This document shows, piece after piece, positions 47,401-60,194 of a stretch of 64,000 nucleotides of DNA; position 1 is the stretch's first letter; each line of letters starts with the position of its first letter. This stretch comes from Folioceros fuciformis (taxonomy: Eukaryota). The stretch covers positions 198,451 to 262,450 of the forward strand of contig JBNGIO010006231.1 of assembly GCA_049999805.1 (NCBI GenBank), given 5' to 3'. Made by a program: the position numbers and the translations under genes. The notes under the pieces were generated by a model. The model saw only the letters and a program-made list of their open reading frames with translations. It was not told where the DNA came from and did no database searches.

Positions 47401-49965
47401 ACGCCTTCTGCCTCCTTATGGGAGGGAGGCTCAGACATATTAGGCAACATGCCTCCCTCCCCCTCGTCAATGGCAGGCAGCTTGCCGCCTTCTTTAACAG
47501 TGCCCGACACATCCTTCTCAATCGCAGGAGGGGCAACTGCTACACTGTCAACCTCGCTAGCTGGGGCCTCACTATTTTCAGGTTTGACTTCAGACACAAC
47601 GGCCAGCACTAGCGGTGCAGCTCCAGCAAGAGAAGTGCCAATATTCGCTCCAGTGCCAATTTCTGCTGCTGCAGCTTTCTCCGAACATGGTGCCTCAGGT
47701 TCTGGGACTGCAGCTTCTTTCTTGACTGGTTCTTCCGTAACAGAGGGTGCTGAGCTTTCAGGACCCAAAACTTGTAGGCTTGCAGGAGTTTCTGGCACGA
47801 TGGCTTTAACAACAGGCTTCTTCAGCTCAATTCGGAGACGGGACACAGCTGTTGCAGCCCTTGTTGGTGGGGCCAGCTCCATGTCTGAACAAGAAACATC
47901 CTTTCAAACACTTATGAAAAGGCTCAAACCTCCACAAACAGCAACAGGATCAATATCTCCGACACGCGTACCAGGCAACGTGTGCTGCTTATGAGAGGCA
48001 TCAGAACCAAGAACGGAAGTCATCTGGATGAACCGTTCAATGGCTTCCCGCAAGGCTACGTTCGGAAGTAGGTCGTCGTTCCGACACTTCGTCGAAAAGC
48101 ACCGAAAGCACTCGCCTCTCGCAATCAGGTGCTGCCTAATGCCTGCGAAAACCGAGACACCCTCAGAAACCACGCCGAGTACGAAACCCTACCAAGCCAT
48201 ACCAGACCTCACAACCCACACCCTACGCTACCAGCAAGAACACAGCTCACATTGGTCGCAGAAGCTCTGGTGGCAACAAGGTATCATCACAGCCTCTCTA
48301 AGGATGGCATCACATAACGGACAACGAAGCACAGGCGGTAGCTCCGTTGTCGTTGGCTTTCTTGAAAGCAACACATCAGCTTCCTTCGCAAACACAAACC
48401 TGACAGGAACCCAACATACAAACCCCAGTCATCCGCAGTGACTGACTCACTCTGACAGCTCCCGGCAGGCCAAGATACGTGCAAACAAACTCACTCGTCT
48501 GGCTCCATCACGGCGGCTGACCCATCGGGCAATATATAAGAGCCTTCCGAATCAGCTTTCAGCCTCGTCTTTGGAATTCCTGCAGGAATCTTGGCCCTCC
48601 TACAATCAAACTTGGGATCGCCGTTCGTCGGGCAATGCTGAATGAAGTGACCTGCATCGAGGACGAGAGTCCGGTCGTCCGTCATGCCACAACAATAATC
48701 CGCCCAGCCCCGCCCCGCCCCCGCACTTGAAAGAAACCCCNNNNNNNNNNNNNNNNNNNNNNNNNNNNNNNNNNNNNNNNNNNNNNNNNNNNNNNNNNNN
48801 NNNNNNNNNNNNNNNNNNNNNNNNNNNNNNNNNNNNNNNNNNNNNNNNNNNNNNNNNNNNNNNNNNNNNNNNNNNNNNNNNNNNNNNNNNNNNNNNNNNN
48901 NNNNNNNNNNNNNNNNNNNNNNNNNNNNNNNNNNNNNNNNNNNNNNNNNNNNNNNNNNNNNNNNNNNNNNNNNNNNNNNNNNNNNNNNNNNNNNNNNNNN
49001 NNNNNNNNNNNNNNNNNNNNNNNNNNNNNNNNNNNNNNNNNNNNNNNNNNNNNNNNNNNNNNNNNNNNNNNNNNNNNNNNNNNNNNNNNNNNNNNNNNNN
49101 NNNNNNNNNNNNNNNNNNNNNNNNNNNNNNNNNNNNNNNNTAAGTCCTCATCATCATCGATTGTTGAGCAAAGTGTACTACAAACATTATATAAATTTGT
49201 TCCCAATTCATGCACGGAATCCATCTCTAGTTTCTATACCCAAATTTAATGATATAAAAAACAAAAACCCATCAGTTCCTATATTTAAAAAAATACTAAA
49301 CAAAACACAAGCATCATTAGTTAAGAACAAAAGCTAAACTCACAAAAAATAAACTAACTTCTGTGTGAGATGCATCTTGAAGTAATGCAGTTAAGATTGT
49401 TTCTTCAGCAACAGCAGAAGAAGACGAAGACTGCACTTCTATCCTACAACACGCAAAATAAGATGGAGGAGAGTTTCAAAACCTCAACCACATAATGCAA
49501 CATACTAAATACTTCTTAAGGTTCAGATTAATTCCAAAACCCAGATCGTAAAGCACTCACTCTAGATATTCTTCCAAGGCTAGCTCCTCGTGTGAACAAG
49601 GAACTCGTTTGATTATAACTTTTGCATTTTTAGGAACAACAAATGCATCATCTTCAAATACTGCAGGGGGGAAAGAGTAGAGCATGGCACTTACTTCGGC
49701 CCAATACTAGGATTATTTTTTTGCATTAAATGAAGTTTATTCAAGATAAATTTGCAGATAAATTTGAATAATTATGAATATATGTAGAGCTAGAAGCACC
49801 TTGGTTGGACTGTGCATCACTGATAATCAAGTTGAAGTTAGGGCATCCTTCCAGCTTCTTTTGTTGAATGATCCTTTTCTTCAAATGGCCCACTAATATT
49901 CCTTCATTTTCAATGCTAATACTATCATAATCTATCGCACTTTTGAATTTGAAATGAATAGCCAT
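44463..49965 (-). CDS. DWNN + zinc knuckle + RING E3 ligase (RBBP6/Mpe1/PQT3-like) with a second CCHC knuckle and Arg/Ser/Asp-rich tail; spans an N gap
   Basis: DWNN MAIHFKFKS..VIIKRVP; GHFIQHCPTNGDP; RING LRCPLC..IPCCHQSFCDQC..LLPNVALR; CHLCGSPEHIARDCP; long basic/acidic last exon. The first half of the first knuckle should lie in the gap. Confidence 0.82.
48741..49140. other. Assembly gap (400 N) flanked on the left by a C-rich low-complexity run
   Basis: Run of N; CCCAGCCCCGCCCCGCCCCCG lies just before the gap. Confidence 0.95.
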
Positions 49966-51250
49966 AATAACTTTTTGCAGCTAAGTACTAAATGTTTGTA
50001 ATTGTGCATACTTTTTGTTTAAACTTATTCTTTATTTTTTTTGCCATAATCATGATGCATATGGACAACAAACACCACCAATTTTACTTTATGCTCTAAA
50101 ACATAGCAAGCTATTTGATTCATGAAATCTTCTAATCCATAACATCATTCTACTTTGAGAGCTTATTAGTAAACTATGTTTTAAAACATAAGAAAGTCAC
50201 TTTAATAGAAACACAAATCTGTCATGTGTTAGATGAAGTTAAGTTCCCTGTAGAACATAAAGATAGCACATTGTCATTTTATGAAAATTGGAATATGGTA
50301 TAGAGATTGATAGATGTTGTTTATGAAGTAAGTAGGATTAGTATTGCAATGCTAGGATTATAAGTTGGTTAAGGTGATGTTTAGTTACTTTTTTAAACAA
50401 AATCTTAATTCTTGCTTGGAACTTTGGTGGGTGAATGAAAGCAATGTAATGTCTCCATCTCATCATTCCCCCTTAAAGATGAAGAGAAGAAATACTTCAA
50501 AAGAAATATCTGATCATGATCGAAAATTATTTAGTTATGTGTGACATGTATGAAGGGAAGTTTGAAGATATAGCTTTGAGTTAACACAAAGTTTTTAAAA
50601 GCTTTGAAGCTTCATGTATTGAACTAATATAAAGTTTCCAAAACCTCACCCATCAATTTGATATAAAACTTAGTTATATACTCCGAATTATTCTACATTA
50701 ATTTAATCTTAGGGTTTAATTTATCTACCTGAATACTTATAGGCAAATAATTAAAAAATAAATTTATTTCACATGCGGGGCAACTTCTTGAGATTTCGTT
50801 TAGCATATTGTGCTGAGCTCTCATCTGGGTGGAATTGAAGGTCTAGCTTTGCAAATTTAGAGCTCAATTGTGCAATTTTATGGGAGACAACAACCTTAGG
50901 GACTTGCATGTTTAGTGCACTCATGCTTGGTTGAGTCTAAGCAAAAACACAACAACAAGGTGATGAGATGAAAGGAGGAGAAAAGTAGAGGTACTATGCT
51001 TTTATGTAAGAAGCTCGAATCTAGTATTGATGTTGTCAATGTTAAATTGAGCTAGATCATATCACAGGCTCAAGCTTTTGGAAGGTGATTGAGTGGTGCA
51101 GTCATGAGACTTTCTTTACGAGAAGAAGTTGTTCACCTATCTTGACTTGAAGATTTGAACTATAGGGTTCGGTTGTCCTGTGCATTGTGGTACCCACTTT
51201 TTAGGAAACTGAGGGATATTTGCTTTTGTAAAGAGGCTTTGGGTTTAAGG
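49141..51250. other. AT-rich, CpG-poor block contrasting with its flanks
   Basis: Visibly A/T-dominated with long A/T runs. It contains the DWNN exons and their upstream region. Confidence 0.8.
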
Positions 51251-51318
51251 GGTCTAGATAGGACGACCAACTTTCAAAGAGGAATTCTTAGGGGTCTAGT
51301 TTTGTAGAGAATTGGATG

Positions 51319-51396
51319 CATATGGGCAATCTCTCCATTTTGGGGATCCGAGGGAACCTTACACATATAGGCAATCTCTCCCAATCCGGGGATCCG
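51319..51396. repeat. Imperfect ~32-bp direct repeat (CATATRGGCAATCTCTCC..GGGGATCCG) at the edge of the AT-rich block
   Basis: Copies at 51319-51350 and 51364-51396. Confidence 0.75.
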
Positions 51397-52207
51397 GCTT
51401 TGCAGAGGACTAACGCATATTGCCACTCTTTCCTGGCATGTGGTATTACATTGCCTTGTTTCGTGCAATTGGTTCCCTGTTCCATCTATCTCTCAATGTT
51501 CCACTAGGATTCTTATCTAGCTTGAGTAGTTGTTCTAACATGCAGGTTTTGAAGGCCTAGGTGTTGAGGACTTGGCCAGGTGAGATGCATCCCTGCCGAT
51601 CACATTTGAGATCATTCGTGGTTTAGTCACGGTGGCCTATGTGATAGCTGGCTTTCCTTGGGAGTTAAGCCCTTTCAGCTCCCATCTTGGTCTCCTTTGT
51701 CCGTAGGTCGATGCAAGTAGTTAGACGTATCCTCCGGACTAAGACTCGGGCTATGTCTTGTCGATAGTGCAATCTCGCTGCTCCTCCTGGCCTTGGCATC
51801 GTGGGATTTCCGATTCCTTGTGGTGTCCCATTTGATCTACTTCTATCGGGACAACAAAGCTACATGGTTTTGCATAAAATCCGTGCTGGATTTCATGTGG
51901 CATGTATGTAGCCTACCCTACATCGACAAGGACCCGGCCTACCTCGTTCTGGCCGTGTTTCTATCGAGTACAGCATAAATTCGTTCCCTTACTTATTCAA
52001 CGTCTCCAATCCAGGGTGAAATTGTTTGTTTAACCACAAGGGCAGGGCAGAGCATCTGGAACCCCGTTGTTCTTCCCAACAGTCCGTTTTTCAGCAGGGA
52101 GCTGGTGTCGGGAAGCGAGCAAGATCGTTGAGGAGTCGATACTGCCGGGTCGGTGCGGCAATTTGGTGGCGGACAGGGAACACTGGAGGTGGTGAGTGGT
52201 GCCACAT

Positions 52208-53585
<1,378 letters not shown>

Positions 53586-54060
53586 CCTCCAGGCGTTGGC
53601 GTGTTAGCCTTTAGTTCGTCTCACCAATCGTTTTTCCGTGACAAGAAAGGGTAACTTAAACCCCAAGTCCAAACTTACGCCCTCCTCGAAATGGTCGTGG
53701 TGACACCCGTTGCGTTCGCCCCTACAGGCCGCTGAACACCTTGCGTCCTGGGAGGTGAGTCGAGAGGTCGCCCTTGTCCTGCCTGCTGTCTCGGCTGAAA
53801 TCCTCCATGGAAAGTCTCTTGCGTAGCCACACGCATTCAGGTCGATTCCTTTTCGCGAATGGGAATTAGCGAATCAAAACAGGTGACATCTCTACGTCGT
53901 ATCACACGGTGCGTAGCAGGTGGGAGACGAGTCCGCCGCGATGAAGTGCGGGAAGTGAGCGACGGGATAAAATGTGAAGGGGAAATAGGTGCTGGGCTGG
54001 TAGACTGGCAGTCACCTCTCTCGTATTTACGGATCTGCGGTCTCCGACCAGCGAGGGGCA

Positions 54061-54480
54061 ATGGCGCTTGCAAGGTTGACGCTATTGCTTGTAAGTGTTT
54101 TGTGCTTGATCGTTGGCACAAGAGCTCAGTTCCAGGCTGGTGACGAGCATCCGGACATAAGCTGCGTGCTGAAGACGCAGACACCAGCAGTTGACGATGA
54201 GCCTGTGACTGAATACTTTTTAGAAATAGTCGACGACATTCTTGAGCACGCCGCAAACAATCGCCCAGGTCCCTACACAACCTATGCTCCAAAAACGCTC
54301 TATCCAGCCACTTACGGAGAGTCCAACTGCAACTCTTTGTCAACAGAGGAATGCCACAATTGCTTGCTCAGTCTTACCATGTACCTTCAGAGTCATTGTG
54401 GAGTGGGGATCTCGGAAGCCAGAGTCGGAACCCCTGATTCGGCTTGTAGTTTCCGGTTCGCCAAATTACAGAGAAGCTAG
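54061..54480 (+). CDS. Small secreted Cys-rich protein with a single divergent DUF26/Gnk2-like domain
   Basis: Signal peptide; 6 Cys in the mature part in Gnk2 order (C..TYGESNC-X7-C-X2-C..C..EARV..CSFRF). Confidence 0.72.
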   Translation: MALARLTLLLVSVLCLIVGTRAQFQAGDEHPDISCVLKTQTPAVDDEPVTEYFLEIVDDILEHAANNRPGPYTTYAPKTLYPATYGESNCNSLSTEECHNCLLSLTMYLQSHCGVGISEARVGTPDSACSFRFAKLQRS

Positions 54481-55776
54481 GTCCGATGTGATAAACCCTA
54501 TGCCTTCTTCTCATCTTTTTCCTGTTGACAGCTGCAGCGTTCACCTCGCTTCTAGCTTTCTTTGATGAATGACATCCCACGCTCCGGTTGTTGCTTGCAG
54601 ATAATCTTGTCGGTCGCTGGTTCCAACCGTCGTTTGTCGTGAATAGGACGCTCAATGCATTAAGTGGAGATCGCTTGTAGTAGCGTAGCAAAGCTTTAGG
54701 CATCGATACTTGAGAGTCAACAATCGAAGGATTGAGTGCCAGCGATTGATTCAATTTGGCTTCGGTTGTGACAATCTCGGGGATGCACTTTCTTTACGGT
54801 GCATTTTTCATTTGACAAGACGATTGTTCATTCTTGAGCGTCCGAAAATCCCCTGTGCTTGCTTCCCAAGGGTTTGTGGCTTTTCATTCTTCCACACGTT
54901 CACAGAACAAGTTTGTTCATGGAAAAAACTTACATCCAGAAAATAATGCGGTGTGACATCCTTGACAGGACCTGAGGACCAGCAGCCGAGCATTCCAGCC
55001 CTTCACTATCGTCTCAGGTTCCAGTTTCTCGAACGAATCTGAACACGGATATCCATACTCTGCGTGTGTTCGGTATTCGAGGAAAGCTGAGCACTTCTTG
55101 CAAAACTTTGCTTAGAAGTTCAGCGTGTGACATGTGCCGAAAAGCTAGGTTGGCAATCTGAGATTCCGATTCCCAAAGCTGTGACTGGTGAATCTCGAGA
55201 CATTCAGCCTGATTCACACCTCACCGCGAGAACAACTGGTGACTTTACGGAACGACCGTACGTTCCATCCACCCGAATCGGCACTTACGAACATGGCGTG
55301 TTCTTGACAATTGTTGCGTGCGAGAGTATACGGATCACCTACAAGCTCCTCCAAGAAGTTAGGGGGAAAAACTGCGCATGCACGCTCACAGATAGGTAAG
55401 AATGACGTGTTTGATTTGCTCGAGACTGTCGAATGTTGGTTTACAAACACCAACAAACAAGCATCTCAAGATGACCGAAATTGGATACAGGATAGAGCTC
55501 CATGTGAAGGAGAAAAGCTGGCTGTATGTTCTCTAAGCTCGCGCGCCTTATCTTCTAGCGAACACTCCGCACGGATTAGACCATCCACACTCATGAGCTA
55601 GATTGCATCTCCTTCAATAGCGCGACCGTCTCTAGAGCCAGCTTGCATCTGCAACACTTACACAGTTCCCTCTCAATAGCAGCTTCTCCTACCCGCCTCT
55701 GTACAGGCGTATACAGTTTGCTGCTCCGCAAATTCAGCACAAACTGGCCAAGGTTCCGACGTCGCAGCTGAACAGA

Positions 55777-56249
55777 ATGTCTAGCGTGAGTTTTACCAGC
55801 CGAACCGTTGTGAACTTGGAATTTGCATCCCCTAGTCAGGCCTGCTCACGTATCAGTGTGTCTTTGTAAACGTGCAGAGGGATGTGCCCAGGAGCTGTGC
55901 GGTGGGGCTACTGCTACTGCTGTTAACGCTGGCAGCGGACGGAGCGGAAGTGGATAGGCCAGAATCGAGCCACTTTTGCTCGATCGACACCTTCAAAGCT
56001 AACTCTGCTTACGCGGACTTCCTAACCGACGCGCTTCTAGAATTGATTGTGTTCGGGGAGTATCAGCCCTCCATGACTCCTTACTCGACCCAAAGAGGTC
56101 CAGTGTTCGCCGAGGTGTATTGCCTCCAGGAAGGCTGCCGGGAGTGCTTACTTGTTCTCAACGCCTCGCTTAGGGCGCTCTGTAAACTTGCCATGGAAGG
56201 CCAGATCGTGGGCACGGTTTGTAGCATTTCATACAGGCCAGCGCAATAA
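55777..56249 (+). CDS. Second small secreted DUF26/Gnk2-like protein; 9-nt first coding segment plus 92-nt intron
   Basis: ATG TCT AGC|GTGAGT (55777-55785) splices in frame to GTGCAG|AGG (55878). Signal peptide; 6 Cys in the mature part with VYC-X4-C-X2-C and CSISY. Confidence 0.68.
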
Positions 56250-56422
56250 TTCACTCGACCCGCACCTTCCAGAACAGACAATCATGTACGCGGTATCCTC
56301 CGAATGTGTTAACAACTGTGCACAGTCCGCACGCTGACGAGATTTCCTTCTTTCCATTATTGATCGCCCATTACAGACGATGCTTAATAACGTTCGCATC
56401 GGGTGACAAGCATTAGCTTACG

Positions 56423-57959
56423 TTATGCCCTTCTAGCCCAGTCTACGAAGTTGTCCATCAGCAACGGCCAAGCCTGATCTTCATCGTAGTTTCCAAGATC
56501 AGGTCGTATCTGCGAAGTGGAGCACACGGACAGCTGTAGGAGAGATGATAGGTGGAGACGAGAATGCGTTCAGTCACGAGAACAAACGCCAGAACCCCCT
56601 CACCTCCTCACAAAATCGAAGAAACCCGGTCCACTGGTCCAAATTGACAGCTTTATACTCGGTTTGTTGCTACACACATGATAGTTGTGAAGGGTAAGTA
56701 CAACTGACAAGAAAACAAAGGTCAGAGAATGATGCGCAAGCAAACAGCGAACAACGACAAGTTACAAGGAGTCACCGTGAGAAACTGGACGAAAGAGGCC
56801 AAATGTGGACGACCGCTCATAACCAGCTCAAGCATTTGGCACGCAGTCTCCAAGTCGAGTGTCTTTTGTCGAGGCTCTGCCAGGATTACAGAGCGTCGAA
56901 GGAAAAGATAAGTCACCAGATTGATGTCCTGGTAGCCAGGTGAAATAGTAATAGCGAGCCAGACAAACATGGAAACCGCTGCAAGCTAGAGAACTGAAGG
57001 CACATATGTGACAATGCCCCTGCGGATACCTGTCAGGCAGTATTGAAATGCAAAAGTGTAGAACTCCTTGAACACCATCGGGTCTGACACCTGCACTTCG
57101 AACACAGTCAAAATTAGCAACCACACTTTCAGATCAGGAGACATCAAGGTCATGTGATCCGCGCCGGTACATATTAAAAAAAGCTCCCTGAAGTATTGTA
57201 TGAAGTGCACAAGGTAGGTCCAGCTGGCTATGACCTCCTGTTGTAATGCTGGAAGGGCCTTCTTGAGTTTTTCCATTCCGTCCACTCGCATTGCTCTCAA
57301 GCCACGACGCCATTCTTCCTAAACATCGATGTGATGCACAATCAGAATAACTAGGTCTTGGACAAGCTGGTGACCTCACCCAATCATACCATTTCACTCA
57401 CCAAGGTAAAGTACCCTTGCCTGGCTGCCTGCAGTTTCCTGTCAAGTCCCAACTAGGATCAGGCTCCAACAAAAACTAGGAGCTCATGCCTTGTGAAACC
57501 ACATGGCTAGTTGTGAGTTTCTTACCAAGCCAACAGGAGGACCCGAACATCTGTTGGTGAGAGCCCAAGGTCCTCACAGAGTGCCTCAATCCCGTCGGGT
57601 CTGTAAACAATAAGAGCCCGCCATTGAATACAGATTTGAGATTGCAGTGCCATTAGTTTCAAGTAAACAACAAGACCATGTACCACCCATATTGGCCCTC
57701 TTGACCTAACGTACTCACCCGATGCAAGTTTCGTCATTCTTTTCAGCATACAGACGGAATAATGCATCAATCTTCTCCAGCTCCTTGGCTGCTGCTTTAC
57801 TGCCTGACCCTGAAGATACACATAAACAACATTAGTACGAGCGACAGAAGGACAGATGGGCACATGAGGCATGAGGGGAAACATTCCCGACCATCTAGAA
57901 GTCGTTTCACATCAACCCAATGACTGCAGCCGAATGCCCTCGGGCCCTGGACGTGGCAT
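56423..57959 (-). CDS. DCN1-like (DCUN1D4/5-type) cullin neddylation protein, multi-exon
   Basis: KELEKIDALF, PDGIEALCEDL, VLLLAW, GYFT, FYTFAFQYCLT, QKTLDLETAC, DQWTGFLRFC and AWPLLMDNFVDW*. Confidence 0.92.
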
Positions 57960-60194
57960 GGTTGGCTAGAGACAAAACAACAAGCGCAGGAGGACTAGAG
58001 CAGATTACACAACCCGATGATGGGAGAGTAAAAGACAGGATAGCATGACAACATGGTAAACTCGTGAGAATGTGCCCACTTGGCCCCACTTCGTGACAGG
58101 AATAGATTTGGGAACCGGATAGCAAACAGTACCCACACGTACAGCTTCAAAGCCCCGGTCCAGCACACTGTCCCGCTAACACGCACCGAATTCAAACCTA
58201 AATGCACAGAATCCCTGGAAAGCAGGGAAGCGCAAATTGCCGAGACTGCAACGAGGGCACAGATCGCAGGCGTTCCTCCACAAATCCAAGCATACAAGCC
58301 AGACCCGGTGAGTAGCAGGAGCAGAAGAGCGAAGAATTGGCAACAGAGAGTTCACCTGACGAGGTGGTACCGGAGGCGGGAACAACCCCGGAGGTCCGCC
58401 TAGAAGATGACCTCCTCATGATCCACCCGAATTTCGTCGCGGCTAAGAATCTCTCCGTGGTCTGAACAGGAGCCGCGCGACTCCACGCGCGCACAGCAAT
58501 CGCAATCAGCTGGTGATTCGAATTCCTGCAAATTTAAACCCGCAAGGTGAAGGCCCCAGAAGGATCGATATGCAAGCGCCTGGAGCCGGGCTTCAGCTCC
58601 CCGCACCTCGCAGCAGCAGGCGATGGCAGGCCCGATCATCCCCGCGCTCATGCGGCCGCTTGCTCCATGCCAACGCTGATGCGCTCCAAGAAGGGCAGGG
58701 CCCTGCCCGCTGCGGCTGCCAGCGCCCACCAACGCAAGATCCACAATCGCTACCGCCTATCCACGAGGGCAAGACGGTGCCGAGGGAAGCGCCACCAGCA
58801 TCCGGGTATCGGACACAGAGGCAGCAGACAAGCCAGGAAATGGCGTCCGCCACAGCCTACCATCCGCACATAGTATTACCCACCCATGCTTCTCGGGCTG
58901 TAACAATCGATCATTTTACCAGTTGGATTCCTTGCGGACGTCACGTCGCGTTCTCAAGCGCAAGCTTTCAGCTCCCGGCCAGTGCTCTCTGCGCTTTACT
59001 CACCTGATTCTTCCCACCGTGAGGTGCGATCTGCTACTCGTCCGCGATTGTCAGTGGAAAGGAAGGGCACAGTGGCGGGCTGCGAAGTGCTTCCGACACA
59101 GACATGTAGTATTTGTTCGTGTACTGACTAACGACACGGCAGCAGATCGTCACGCCTGAGAACGTCCTATTGATCTGCAAGGATCCCTCAGCTCTACTTC
59201 GTAGAATTTCAGACGACCTGCCGAACACAGGGAAGCAGACTTGGGTGCATTGCATAGATATGTTGGTGTAAAGGAGCAAGACAGCGGGGGGGGGAGGACT
59301 TTCGCAGAAGAGAATAACACAGCGGCGGCTGATTGACCAAGAGATGTTGCCGCGGCTTACAACACGGTCCAGGCAGCCGTGGCACTACCTCCACCACCAA
59401 CAAGTATGCACATGCAGAAAATGACAAACAGAGACTTCGACAAGATGCAAAACCTGAGGCTTCCTGCTTGCAAAGGATGGAATTGATGTTACCAAAGCTC
59501 TCGTGTTCTTAGCTCCCACTTGCCGAGCAACTCTACACTAAGCAAAAGACAACGGATTGCCCAGCACCTTATTGGAGAGCAAATAAATGTCAAATAAAAT
59601 GGAAACAGTTAAATATGCACATTTGACGCTTTGGTCTTCGTTTTGCAGTTCGGCCTTCATCATCTTCGTACAGTTGGCTGTGTCTCCTTCTCCGTAAGCT
59701 GTCCAAATCAACGAATTCCACTGCTTCACCAGACTCCCGTCTTCCAAGGCCTGCTGCTACTCACCTTCTCCACATCGATAGCCCGCATTCACATCCAGCA
59801 GCATGACGGCAGCAAAACCAGTGCCCTTTTGCTGCCCCTTCTGCCATTAAATACAGAGACTCACAAAACAGGACCCGACAATGACTTACTTCAATCTCAC
59901 AGTTCGATCCTGCAGTGTCGTCTACTTATTTAAAGGCCAGCACGGATGCCCAACAGTCTTTGGCTTTGCCCTCTCATCAACTACCTCTTATTTACCTACA
60001 AAGCTCTGATCTGTGCATCTTCACACAGTCCCCGCGCTCCTCAAACCCACATCACTGAATTAGACATGTTGCTAAGCCTGCCCGCCATAGTTGATAGCTT
60101 CCCCAAAAGCCTTGAATCAAAGAATCATCCTCCTCGAGGCCCCTGCCTGCCTCTAAGTACAAATTAAATAGAATAAGGACGCTCAGTCCCCAAA

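Noticed and set aside
48606..49224. ORFs spanning the 400-N gap
   Set aside because: They are artefacts of translating N as X.
58400..60190. Several 70-160 aa ORFs and a G-run between DCN1-like and CesA
   Set aside because: No motifs or consistent splice pattern; compatible with the DCN1 promoter/leader and the CesA 3' region.
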